Virus record (IMG/VR): IMGVR_UViG_3300038492_000245
Span: 1-27,912 of that record
Length of the DNA stretch: 27,912 nucleotides
Strand: one strand, 5' to 3'
Source: a virus
Taxonomy: Duplodnaviria > Caudoviricetes
In this document: positions 1-9,181 of the stretch, in pieces
Layout of the letters: the number at the start of each line of letters is the position of its first letter
Position numbering within the stretch: the first letter of the stretch is position 1
Notes under the pieces: generated by a model
Seen by the model: only the letters and a program-made list of their open reading frames with translations
Databases searched by the model: none
Told to the model about the DNA's origin: nothing
Position numbers and translations under genes: made by a program

Positions 1-17
1 GTTTCCCAGTCACGATC
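1..17 (+). other. Random-amplification primer B sequence (library artefact)
   Basis: Window begins GTTTCCCAGTCACGATC, the fixed part of the Round A/B (SISPA-type) random PCR primer. Confidence 0.9.
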
Positions 18-214
18 TCTAGCGGTTCTTGTTTTTCTTTCAATTGCTCTATTTCTTTGCGTAGTCGTTCTATTCTAAAGTCATCAAATAAAGACTTACA
101 TTTTAACCATTCTACAGACTCTAGTTTATCTTTATAGGAGTTGATTTCGACCAGAGTTATATTCTTTTCATATATCTTCTGCTCTAGAGTCTCACGTGTA
201 ATTTTGACGTTCAT
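18..214 (-). CDS. Hypothetical protein, 3'-truncated at the contig end (MNVKITRETLEQKIYEKN...)
   Basis: Manually translated; ATG at 214, open to the window edge, charged helical composition; not in the ORF track. Confidence 0.6.
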
Positions 215-215
215 G

Positions 216-383
216 TTAGTAATCCCTCTGTCCCTCAAGATAGGATTCCCCCTTTTCCCGAAGGATATAGTCCTCGAAGTATTTTTCGAAGAATAATCTA
301 AATAAAAGTCTTAGTGTTCTATGTTTAATCCTCCAAGTTTCGTTTCTTATTTGGAACCTTAAACTACCTATGTTATTTCCCAT
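216..383 (-). CDS. Hypothetical 55-aa protein (MGNNIGSLRFQIRNETWRIKH...)
   Basis: Manually translated; fills the gap between neighbouring ORFs with tight packing. Confidence 0.55.
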   Translation of the reverse strand: MGNNIGSLRFQIRNETWRIKHRTLRLLFRLFFEKYFEDYILREKGESYLEGQRDY

Positions 384-561
384 TGTTTAGTGCTTGTATT
401 CCAATTTTAATTGCTATTCCAAAAGTTCCATCTTCTTGTCTAACAAAGTAAGGAGCGCTAGCAACTGTCATTTGATGCTTCTCACAAAGAGCTTCATACT
501 CCTTAATAAACAACGCCTCCTTTGTTGGACTTTGTCCTTCTTTTTTCTCTTGCTTACCCAT
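373..561 (-). CDS. Hypothetical protein, 62 aa
   Basis: ORF track; AT-rich leader; co-oriented. Confidence 0.7.
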   Translation of the reverse strand: MGKQEKKEGQSPTKEALFIKEYEALCEKHQMTVASAPYFVRQEDGTFGIAIKIGIQALNNGK

Positions 562-596
562 AATTATGAAATTTATAATTTATATAGACATAATTT

Positions 597-625
597 ATTA
601 TAGAGCATTCCATATTAAACGTTAA
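597..625 (-). promoter_or_regulatory. Candidate sigma70 promoter (TTAACG-N17-TATAAT)
   Basis: Perfect -10, 4/6 -35, 17-bp spacer, in the intergenic gap after the tail module. Confidence 0.45.
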
Positions 626-628
626 GAC

Positions 629-910
629 CTAAGCAATAAGTGCAGCCAGTTTAGTATACAAATCATTATTACTCGCAGGAGCCACTCCATCAACAGAGTC
701 TATCTGTAGAGAGTTCCCAGCACCATCGTAAGACACTACCCACCTGGGCTCTTCCAGGGTATGAGCTTCTATGTGATCCGGAAATCTAACAAAGTGAATC
801 CCTCCATTCTTACTCCATGCTCCTGCTTCTCTTCCTCCCATTATCGAGGTTGCATCGTTAAACTCTACTTTTATCGAGTTTGTTGTTGATGTTACAACTA
901 AGTTTGCCAT
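629..910 (-). CDS. Small beta-rich hypothetical protein, possibly tail-associated
   Basis: Likely start ATG at 910 (MANLVVTS), overlapping the upstream stop as TAATG. Confidence 0.7.
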   Translation of the reverse strand: MANLVVTSTTNSIKVEFNDATSIMGGREAGAWSKNGGIHFVRFPDHIEAHTLEEPRWVVSYDGAGNSLQIDSVDGVAPASNNDLYTKLAALIA

Positions 911-2115
911 TATGGTTGTTCCCTCCATGTCAAGCCACCCCTCACCGTTATATTATTAGTGATTGGCGTACAAGCTAAAATAATTTCGTCAACGGTCCCA
1001 TCTATCGTAGAACCCAATCTTAAAGTATTATCAATAGGTTGAATTGCGTTTTGAGAAGTACTAAAAAACCCTCCATCCATTTCTGTTCCTCCAGTAACTG
1101 TGTTAGAACTACTTCCTGTAGCTATTTCAACTACACTATTTGTCTCTCCCGTATAAGTAAATGTTCCAGCAACAGTAGGGTTAAATATTAATATCCATTC
1201 TGCCGAATCGTTCACTGTCGAAGCAATTACAGATACTTTTTCCTGAAACACAATGCCATCAAGAGCAGTCCCTTTTAATCTTATTCCTAAAATTGCATAG
1301 GTTGTTGCAGATGATAATGAACTTACTGCTCCACTTTGAGTATGTCGGAGTGTACCTGTACTCTGTTGTCCTCCTTCACTAATGACACTTGAGCAGATAT
1401 GTACAAAGTCGTCAGTTGCTCCAGTACCGTCATTTGATATCTCATATCTAACAGGTAGATTAGGAGTAGACATATAAACTACATCTAAGCTATTTGCATT
1501 ATTAAATTCATGACAATAAACAGGCATTCCATCTATAACAAACCCCATTCTTACTCTTCCAACCCCTAACCATTCAAAATCCGTAAATGATATCTGTGTC
1601 TTGGTTAGGTCTAGGGTTATACCACTAGGCCCTGTTCCGTCTAACTTATCTAAATTCCAGTTAGCTTGAGCAACACTATTATTCACTGGAGTACCAGTCA
1701 CATTACTTCTTCGAACAACACTTAAAGTTCCTTCCTCACTTTGGAAAAACAATCCATTATCATCATCATAATATCCTACTTTCTTTGTTATCCCAGTGGA
1801 TGTATCAAACTCCCCAAAAGTACAAAGTATTAATTGTGATTTTCCTGGCTGATAATTAAATCTCTGAAACGTTTGCCTAACCCTCGTTCCGGCGGTTGTT
1901 GCCCCTACGGAGATAGTAGTTGCAGCTTCATTGACAGAATGGGAACTAGAAGTTCCACTACCTGATGTTTCTTGATCATCCCAGAACAATGGTTGATTAT
2001 CATGTATCTGCTTGCTATCAAATAATGTAAAAGGTTCTGATGTTCTCCATCTTCCAAATGCATCAATACTACCACTATCCTGTGCAGTAACTGATACTTT
2101 TTCAAATCTACTCAT
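910..2115 (-). CDS. Putative virion/tail protein with lectin-like beta-sandwich domains
   Basis: 401 aa, S/T/G-rich and beta-rich; motifs DAFGRWRTSEPFTLFD, YQPGKSQ, DFEWLGVGRVRMGF recur in environmental phage tail regions; distal tail position. Confidence 0.6.
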   Translation of the reverse strand: MSRFEKVSVTAQDSGSIDAFGRWRTSEPFTLFDSKQIHDNQPLFWDDQETSGSGTSSSHSVNEAATTISVGATTAGTRVRQTFQRFNYQPGKSQLILCTFGEFDTSTGITKKVGYYDDDNGLFFQSEEGTLSVVRRSNVTGTPVNNSVAQANWNLDKLDGTGPSGITLDLTKTQISFTDFEWLGVGRVRMGFVIDGMPVYCHEFNNANSLDVVYMSTPNLPVRYEISNDGTGATDDFVHICSSVISEGGQQSTGTLRHTQSGAVSSLSSATTYAILGIRLKGTALDGIVFQEKVSVIASTVNDSAEWILIFNPTVAGTFTYTGETNSVVEIATGSSSNTVTGGTEMDGGFFSTSQNAIQPIDNTLRLGSTIDGTVDEIILACTPITNNITVRGGLTWREQP

Positions 2116-2134
2116 TATATTTCTTTAAAAATTA

Positions 2135-2440
2135 TTACCACCACCCTTCAGTAGTCTCGTATGTAAGAATGACTACCGTACCATCAGATATCGTTTTACT
2201 TGCATTAACACCTATTAATAACTCAGCCCCGTCTGGTGCTATTGTCAAATCGTCTCCAGAACTTCCTACGTTAATAATTCGAAACGTATCTCCTGCAACC
2301 CCTGGTGGTAGAGTTACTGTAAAAGCTCCTCCAATGTCTGTATCACAATAGATAGTCCCATCCCCTCTCTGAATGGTATATGTCGTAGTCACCCTTGTTG
2401 TTGTGTTGGATATTTTTGGTATCCTTACTGTTAATCCCAT
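2135..2440 (-). CDS. Small tail-fibre-related protein
   Basis: DTxxGxFTVTLP...GDTFRII...LTIAPDG repeat unit resembling T4 gp34-type fibre repeats. Confidence 0.6.
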   Translation of the reverse strand: MGLTVRIPKISNTTTRVTTTYTIQRGDGTIYCDTDIGGAFTVTLPPGVAGDTFRIINVGSSGDDLTIAPDGAELLIGVNASKTISDGTVVILTYETTEGWW

Positions 2441-2444
2441 ATTG

Positions 2445-4268
2445 TTATCCTACTCTAGTTATCATAATACTTGAATGATTTTGTACTGTATCTATATTTA
2501 CAGCAGCTGTTGTACGCTGCATTCTTACTCTTATTATATCTGTAGCTGTTAATTCTGCTATACAAAATGCAACACTGGTTGATGCTCCAGCTGTTTCTCT
2601 ATGATAGGAATGTCCTCTACTCCCCGTAATCTCTGTGAAAGAACCCCCTCCTAGTGGGTCTTCCTCAATCCAAGCAGCTGTAGATCCCCTAGCATCTCCA
2701 AGTGTATCTGTTATTTCATATACAACTTTTGCCTGTATCATATATGTTCCGGTTGTATTTATTGTTATTTGATCGGAAGATAGCGTATAGTCACTATTAG
2801 TAACCGACTGAGTGTCTATATTAAGAGTTGCTGCTGTTCCATTGATTGTTTGATTTCCTGTTCCATCATATGCAAAGTACGGTGATGCGTCAGGAAAATC
2901 TCGTTTACCAACAACACCTGTGCTGTCTACGACTAATATTTCAGAATCCGTGCTTGATGCTACTCCCCTTATTCGTATTGTCTCTGCTACATCTAACTGC
3001 TCAGTTGGTACATTCCCTAACCCAACATAATTATCATTAGATTCAGAAAGTAAAATAAAAGCATCAGTTTGTCTTACCCCTGAACCGTTTGTTACGTCAA
3101 AAGAAAAATAATTTCCTGCAAAGTTATAATCAACACCTCCAACAAACGTTCCATTGTCGTATATTGTAAAAGGTCTTCCTGACGAATTAGTAGCGTCAAA
3201 CTTAATAAACTCTTGTCCACTTCCTCCAATACTCATTTCAAGCGGCCCGGTCATTGTATCTCCTGCATTTAACACAAATATATCGTCTGTTAATTGCGTC
3301 CCCGACACTGAGTGAGGGTTACTTGTTGACGCTATATGTGTATCAATTTGTGCATGTGTGTTTGTTCCTATATTACTTAAAGCTGTGTGGTCGGTTGTAT
3401 CATTATCTACGTAATTAGTTGCATCTATTGTTCCTGCTCCAGATTGAGTCCAATCTATGTGTTCATTTGCTACGAATCCAAGCAAATTATCGTGGTTAAT
3501 ATTTGCTTCTGCTACATCAATATCGATTTCGTTGTTACCCGTATCATCGGTAATTGTAACCTTACTACTACCAGCGTTTATATTTTTAAACTCGAGATCA
3601 ACCCCAGTCTTTTGTTTGAACACACCAGTTCCTGCTACACCTACATTAGAAGCTGTGTTCGTTTCTCCACCACCGCTTGGTAAGTTTCCTATCTGTACTT
3701 TCTTTTTATTATTAGAATCAGCACTATCCTCTATTATGATCAGGTCTCCACTAACTGGACTCGCTTTTTCGGTAATAAGTGATATTTCTGCGGAAACGTT
3801 ATCGTGAATGGCATCAGGGTCAAAGTTAGTATCTCCGCCTCCTGTGCCAGCACCAGCACCCGCTTCATATGATCTGTAGTTAACAACATGAATGGTATCA
3901 GCGTCTTCTACAAAAATCATAGGATTACTAAAACTAGTATCGTCGGTAAGAGTAGGGTCGTTGATTTCTAACTCCCCAGCTGTTGTCGCACTGGTAAAGT
4001 AATAATTCCCAACAGTTAACCCGTGCCCTGATACCGTATGCTTTCCAATCATTGCCGCTTTGAATTTGTCTGTATTTATTACCTCTACTACGACATACAA
4101 ACCTAATGTATCCTCGTCATCAGCTTGAGCCTTTAACCAATCCGTTCCGTTATGGTAAATAACATCAAGTGCGGCAAATCCATGACCATCTTGAGGCACA
4201 GTTACCGTAGTTTCTGTTTGGGGTGTAGACTGGATATCTTCAAACCCAGCGTAAAGTCTATTAGTCAT
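2445..4268 (-). CDS. Tail fibre / receptor-binding protein
   Basis: 607 aa mosaic; Gly linkers, His-containing fibre repeats (THAQIDTHIASTSNPH), C-terminal C1q/BclA-like beta head (ITINTTGTYMIQAKV...IIRVRMQR). Confidence 0.75.
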   Translation of the reverse strand: MTNRLYAGFEDIQSTPQTETTVTVPQDGHGFAALDVIYHNGTDWLKAQADDEDTLGLYVVVEVINTDKFKAAMIGKHTVSGHGLTVGNYYFTSATTAGELEINDPTLTDDTSFSNPMIFVEDADTIHVVNYRSYEAGAGAGTGGGDTNFDPDAIHDNVSAEISLITEKASPVSGDLIIIEDSADSNNKKKVQIGNLPSGGGETNTASNVGVAGTGVFKQKTGVDLEFKNINAGSSKVTITDDTGNNEIDIDVAEANINHDNLLGFVANEHIDWTQSGAGTIDATNYVDNDTTDHTALSNIGTNTHAQIDTHIASTSNPHSVSGTQLTDDIFVLNAGDTMTGPLEMSIGGSGQEFIKFDATNSSGRPFTIYDNGTFVGGVDYNFAGNYFSFDVTNGSGVRQTDAFILLSESNDNYVGLGNVPTEQLDVAETIRIRGVASSTDSEILVVDSTGVVGKRDFPDASPYFAYDGTGNQTINGTAATLNIDTQSVTNSDYTLSSDQITINTTGTYMIQAKVVYEITDTLGDARGSTAAWIEEDPLGGGSFTEITGSRGHSYHRETAGASTSVAFCIAELTATDIIRVRMQRTTAAVNIDTVQNHSSIMITRVG

Positions 4269-4287
4269 GCTTTTCTATTTATGTAAG

Positions 4288-4464
4288 TTACTTTTTCTTC
4301 TTCTTCATCTTTTTCTTTGAAGAATAGTCTGTTCTTCCCATATACCCGTATTTATCTCTAACCTCTCCCCCCATCTTCTCGGCGTACTTTTTAGCTTTCT
4401 TCTTTCCCTCTTTTGTGTATGGGAATTCTTTAGTTTTCCCGTTTGGTAATTTTACGATAGGCAT
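4288..4464 (-). CDS. Small Lys-rich protein, 58 aa (MPIVKLPNGKTKEFPYTKEGKKKAKKY...KKKMKKKKK)
   Basis: Manually translated; fills the gap 4269-4468; below the ORF-track length cutoff. Confidence 0.75.
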   Translation of the reverse strand: MPIVKLPNGKTKEFPYTKEGKKKAKKYAEKMGGEVRDKYGYMGRTDYSSKKKMKKKKK

Positions 4465-4468
4465 TTGT

Positions 4469-5176
4469 TTAATAGTAATAATTAGAATATCCTGAGAACC
4501 CAGTTTGGGCTGGCTGTTGTTGTGGCATTCCTCCTAGTACATTTGCTCCTCCGTACTGTTCAACCGACATTCGACTTTCTGCTATTCTTCTTCTTAATCC
4601 ATCCATCTTCATTTGTGCTACTTCATCACTATCTGAGATACTAGGCATTAACCTCATAACATCTGCTTTATCTTTGTCAGATAGGGCTCCTGATTCACCC
4701 AAGCTCTTTACTAATTGTCCTCTGACTCCAACTACATAATCGTTATAGTATCTAGCTTCTGGATTTAGGTTTAGTTGTCCTCCGATTGTATCAATACCTC
4801 CCCTTATACTTGCCCCTATTCCGCTCCCTCTTGGCCCTAGAGCGAGTCTAGCCTCGTCTAGTTGGTTAACCATAGATTCTGCATCAGAAAGCTTTCCAAG
4901 AGCTTGCATTTGAGTTGCACTATAAGGTTCAGGTGCATAGTTCCCTGTCTGTGTCAAAAACTGGGCAAGTCCAATTGACTGTGAAGGACTTTCCCCAGCT
5001 TGCATAAATTGAAGCGCTAACATTCTAGGGTCCATACCAGAAAATCCTCCCATTTGCCCCCCACCAGAGTATGGTTGTTGGTACATTCCAGCCCCTGGTT
5101 GTTGCGCTTGCGTATATGATGGTAAGCCAGTCTGGGTCTGCATCCCTGTTAGTTGTGTGTTCCCATATGGTGGCAT
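4469..5176 (-). CDS. Putative internal virion/ejection protein
   Basis: Q/G/M-rich termini with helical core; follows nozzle and other ejection-like genes. Confidence 0.5.
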   Translation of the reverse strand: MPPYGNTQLTGMQTQTGLPSYTQAQQPGAGMYQQPYSGGGQMGGFSGMDPRMLALQFMQAGESPSQSIGLAQFLTQTGNYAPEPYSATQMQALGKLSDAESMVNQLDEARLALGPRGSGIGASIRGGIDTIGGQLNLNPEARYYNDYVVGVRGQLVKSLGESGALSDKDKADVMRLMPSISDSDEVAQMKMDGLRRRIAESRMSVEQYGGANVLGGMPQQQPAQTGFSGYSNYYY

Positions 5177-5193
5177 CTTTAAATATTAATAAT

Positions 5194-7320
5194 TTATATA
5201 TTAGCGAATCTTTGCATTGATGGACTCATAGGTTGTGGTGGTGGAGCCATCATCATTGGTTGTTGCATTGGTATTCCTCCTCCCATAAATCCTTGATACT
5301 GCATTGGTGGTGCTTGTATTCCTTGTGGCCCTGCTATATCTGATGCGTATAGTTCATCAAATTGTCTAGCTAATTCCATATCTTCGCTCGTTAGTTCCCC
5401 ACCTCCATCAGCTGGGGCTATGCCCGAATCTGATGGAGTCATTGGTTGTATGTTGTCATCATTTAGTCCTGCTACTATTCCTGGAATACTTGTTTGTAGT
5501 TGTGAGGATAATCCTGCTGGAACTTGCACATTAATTGGTGGTGTAGCTGGAACTCTCTGTCCTACTGCCGATAGTCCTCGTCCTACTTGTTGCATCGCGC
5601 CCCCTGCTTTCATTTGAGTCGTTGGCGATCTCAGGGCCTTAGAAGCTAACATTGCTGCTCCTGCAGTCAACGGATTACCTCCACCTGCTACTAGTCCTGC
5701 ACCTCCAAATGTCACATCCATTAATCCAATTGGTAGATTTATATTACCTCGATTTGCCTGTGATGTTAAGAAATTGTTTAACTTAGTCGCTGTTGCTACA
5801 TCTGCATTACTTTGCCTAAAATTACTAAATCCACTAGCTTTCAGGCTATCGTCCATTTGATCATTCATGAATGCGTATAGCTTCTCATATACCTGAGCTG
5901 TACTCTTCTCTTGAGTTGGGCTCAAATCATTCCATTTTCCTTTTGGCCCTACCGCTTGTTTGATTCTGTACCATTTATTAATTGGGATAGCATCATCGAT
6001 TAAATCATCTCCTGCCCCCATAAAGTCTTGAGATAACTCGTTATATACTCGCTGTATCGTTTGTTTATCTTGACCTAGTACTGCTTCATCCATTTGACTA
6101 TTAAACCAATCATCAATATTACTCTTTGGAATTGCACCCTTACCAGATCCTGCCATTTCATCTAATTGGTTTTGAAGTATGTTGCTCTTACTCTTTGAAA
6201 CAAACTCACTAGTCTTCATTGCTGATTCTGGGCTTGTCAAATCTATACCATCAATCTTGTTCGCTTTTCTAAGTAGATTTAATCCTCCTTGTCTTGGTGT
6301 TGGTTTACCAAGAACCTTTTGTAGTCCCCCCACTTTTTGAGTTTGCCCGCTTGTTTGTAGATTCTGTCCACTTCTTGTTAGGAAGTTAGTTTTTCCACCA
6401 ACATCGTCATACATTGATGCCATACTGTTTGCTGTACTTTTATACGGGTGATTATCAGGTAGTGCATTAGCTAACTGATGTGCTTTCTTTGCCATCATTG
6501 GAGCATCATCCCCATATTGCATACTTATATAATCAAACGCTCTACTTACTGGTTCTTTATTTTTTGCTATTCCTGGATAACTTTTAAAAAATTCATCAGA
6601 CTCACTCAATATTTTATTTCCTGCCCGTGATTTCAACTTAGTTCCTAATCCCCCTAATCCTTTAATAGCTCCATATGTTAATCCTGCTGTCCCCATTCCC
6701 GTTACTACATTTTTACTTAAATCCTCTATATCACTCAAATCCTCTGTTTGACCAACTCCACTCAACGCCCCAGCTGCTAACGCTCCTTTAAGTCCAAGAG
6801 AACCTGGCATAAAGTAACTACCAACGGTCGCTCCTTGCCTTACACCTTCGGCAATTGGGTTCACTTGACCTAACCTTTGAAACTCTGTTCCTGCTGCCTG
6901 CCCTTTGAATTTATCATACATTTCTGATGCGCCGGTTATAGACTTACCTTCCTTTGTCGCATCGTAGAAATCTGTTTCGTAATCAACTACCCTTTGTTCC
7001 AGGTCTGAGAGTTGCTCTCCTTTATTCTGTTTACTTAAAGCTGCAGATAAGGTCTGGTTATATTCGTTTGTATCCCAAATCGGCCTTGAAGCTAGTGCCC
7101 CATACGCTCCGATTCCCTCTGTTAGTGTCGACCCCATTTTTATGAATGGATCGACAATTGCCTTTCCTAAAGACCCCACGAAACCCCCAAGTCCACCTCC
7201 TGTTTGTGGCGGATTCATAGCTACTTGCGAAGCAGCTGCAGGAACTGGATTAATAGCCATCGGTGCCTGTTGGGGCATCCCTATACTACTGAACCTTGCT
7301 AAACTATCTTGGTAAGCCAT
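5194..7320 (-). CDS. Putative large DNA ejection protein
   Basis: 708 aa, G/A-rich hydrophobic segments, helical core, P/Q/M-rich termini; position equivalent to P22 gp20/gp16 or T7 gp15/gp16. Confidence 0.55.
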   Translation of the reverse strand: MAYQDSLARFSSIGMPQQAPMAINPVPAAASQVAMNPPQTGGGLGGFVGSLGKAIVDPFIKMGSTLTEGIGAYGALASRPIWDTNEYNQTLSAALSKQNKGEQLSDLEQRVVDYETDFYDATKEGKSITGASEMYDKFKGQAAGTEFQRLGQVNPIAEGVRQGATVGSYFMPGSLGLKGALAAGALSGVGQTEDLSDIEDLSKNVVTGMGTAGLTYGAIKGLGGLGTKLKSRAGNKILSESDEFFKSYPGIAKNKEPVSRAFDYISMQYGDDAPMMAKKAHQLANALPDNHPYKSTANSMASMYDDVGGKTNFLTRSGQNLQTSGQTQKVGGLQKVLGKPTPRQGGLNLLRKANKIDGIDLTSPESAMKTSEFVSKSKSNILQNQLDEMAGSGKGAIPKSNIDDWFNSQMDEAVLGQDKQTIQRVYNELSQDFMGAGDDLIDDAIPINKWYRIKQAVGPKGKWNDLSPTQEKSTAQVYEKLYAFMNDQMDDSLKASGFSNFRQSNADVATATKLNNFLTSQANRGNINLPIGLMDVTFGGAGLVAGGGNPLTAGAAMLASKALRSPTTQMKAGGAMQQVGRGLSAVGQRVPATPPINVQVPAGLSSQLQTSIPGIVAGLNDDNIQPMTPSDSGIAPADGGGELTSEDMELARQFDELYASDIAGPQGIQAPPMQYQGFMGGGIPMQQPMMMAPPPQPMSPSMQRFANI

Positions 7321-7328
7321 TATTAATA

Positions 7329-8117
7329 TTAGTCATAAATTATTCTGAGTGTTCCATCAGCCTCAGCCTTTTTTATATCCCTGAGGTAATTGATATCTGG
7401 ACTTTGTTTATAGTCTGCAACTATATCTGCCCATCTTTGAGTTGGAATTTGTTGCCCTTGAGTTGGCATTCCGAATGGACTACCACCAAAGATACTTCCT
7501 CCACCTCCGCCTCGACTACCCCCGCCACTGGCCTTCGATTTTTGGAAATTAAATTGATCTCTTTGTAGTGCCATTTGTTGGTCAAATTGTCTTTGTTGTT
7601 CTGCAAACTCTCTTGCTGCTTGCTCTCTTTGGTAATCAAACTGAGCTTGTTGAAATGCTTGGTTTTCTAACTCTGAGATTCTTCTGTTTGCGTTCTCATA
7701 CCTTGGAGTCAACATACTATATTGATTCATTAGAGATTGTCGTTGATCTGCTACTTGTTGCCCTACATCAGATACTAGGTCTCCTAACCTGCCTCTCTGA
7801 ACATCAATCACGTTTCCAAGTACGTCTGCTCGACCATATAGGTTTCCTACTTGATTAAGCACCCCACTCAATCTAGCCATTGCGCTTGGACCTTGACCTG
7901 GAACCGTACCAAATTGGTCATAATAACCCTGCATTACTTCTGCTGGTGCAGCATATGCTTGTTGCTCAATCCCGGCTAGCTCCTCGTACTGCGGTCTAAA
8001 CGAGTCGACTCTACCAATGAGGTCACCATACACCTGCCCCCTATCAAATGTTCCAAGAGAAGAGTATTGATCTTTAAGATCTTGCATTTGTGTTGCTAAT
8101 TCTCCTGCTGTTGCCAT
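7329..8117 (-). CDS. Putative ejection protein with coiled coil
   Basis: Q-rich coiled coil (QQRQFDQQMALQRDQF) and Gly-rich linker; synteny. Confidence 0.5.
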   Translation of the reverse strand: MATAGELATQMQDLKDQYSSLGTFDRGQVYGDLIGRVDSFRPQYEELAGIEQQAYAAPAEVMQGYYDQFGTVPGQGPSAMARLSGVLNQVGNLYGRADVLGNVIDVQRGRLGDLVSDVGQQVADQRQSLMNQYSMLTPRYENANRRISELENQAFQQAQFDYQREQAAREFAEQQRQFDQQMALQRDQFNFQKSKASGGGSRGGGGGSIFGGSPFGMPTQGQQIPTQRWADIVADYKQSPDINYLRDIKKAEADGTLRIIYD

Positions 8118-8135
8118 TTTATATAAAATTAATAT

Positions 8136-8537
8136 CTAAAAATTTCGAAATGCTGTTGGACTTGTATAGTATCTCTGCATTCTGCTTTGGTACCCTTGCT
8201 CAAGCATCTTATTGTACTCAGTCTTTGCTTGCTCTAATGGATCAAAATATGATTGTTGTTTTAATTGGTCATATTGATCAGAATACAACTGTTGACCTCT
8301 ACCCATTAGATTAGCGCTACTTGCTGCTGCCATATTCTCGTACTGTCTCTGAAATGGATTTAATGTAAACCTCTCTACTTCTGGTCTGAAAACTCCTTCC
8401 TGCCACTCATCAAACACTGCTCTTTGAGGAGCTGCGTATTTGTCAAACGACAACACCCTATCAAAACGTTTCTGTGGTGCCAAATGTTGTCCTACACTGC
8501 TTACTAAATCTTTAATATAGTCATTGTAGTTTGCCAT
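8136..8537 (-). CDS. Hypothetical virion protein, possibly ejection-related
   Basis: 133 aa, Q/Y-rich helical; position. Confidence 0.45.
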   Translation of the reverse strand: MANYNDYIKDLVSSVGQHLAPQKRFDRVLSFDKYAAPQRAVFDEWQEGVFRPEVERFTLNPFQRQYENMAAASSANLMGRGQQLYSDQYDQLKQQSYFDPLEQAKTEYNKMLEQGYQSRMQRYYTSPTAFRNF

Positions 8538-8548
8538 TGAATTTCTAT

Positions 8549-9181
8549 TTAACTAGTTAAAATACCTACAGCTTTCAAGTGTTTCACAATATCTCCTATT
8601 GTATAAGCTGTTGATCCTGAATTTCCTGTAAATGTAGAGTCGTCATTAACCCCTGTTCCAGTACCCGCTGTAAACCCTGCAGTCTCTCCTGTCGATGATT
8701 GTGTATTCATATCGAAATTAACTGTGTCTGTTGTGTTGTTCCCAGTAATAGTTAACCCTCCTCCTGTACTTGTAAACGTCAATGTATCACTTATACTATC
8801 AGCTTCAGGGTTAGTCCCTGCTGGACAATCTATTGTCTGAAACATTAACAATTGTGTTCCTGAATCATCAAAATAAGATTGTGCATATATATTCCTAAAA
8901 CTATTTCCTACTGTACCCAAGTCATAAGTTACGTCACTTGCCGGTACCAACGAATTACTAATTATCTGCCCAGTAACAGCTCCACTAGCTGGCTCAACCG
9001 CTTTAACAGGGATTTGTCTTGATGTCAATCCTACTAGAGACCTATTTGTTCCATATAACCTAGAAAATGCCGGTTTATCTTCTTTCTCTGGTTTTTCTAA
9101 AGACTTCATTGCAGTAAAGTTCCTACCTATGAAACTAGCACTGCTTTTTAGTTTTAGATTTTCGTCTTGTATTTCTGCCAT
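8549..9181 (-). CDS. Putative tail needle/short fibre protein
   Basis: Fibre motif [23 protein letters not shown]; directly after the nozzle (P22 gp26 position). Confidence 0.5.
   Translation of the reverse strand: MAEIQDENLKLKSSASFIGRNFTAMKSLEKPEKEDKPAFSRLYGTNRSLVGLTSRQIPVKAVEPASGAVTGQIISNSLVPASDVTYDLGTVGNSFRNIYAQSYFDDSGTQLLMFQTIDCPAGTNPEADSISDTLTFTSTGGGLTITGNNTTDTVNFDMNTQSSTGETAGFTAGTGTGVNDDSTFTGNSGSTAYTIGDIVKHLKAVGILTS

Noticed and set aside
216-372. Hairpins including a C(UUCG)G loop suggesting an ncRNA
   Set aside because: Stems are short and the region is fully explained by a 55-aa ORF (216..383)
2445-4268. Diversity-generating retroelement targeting the tail fibre
   Set aside because: No reverse transcriptase and no template/variable repeat pair seen in the window
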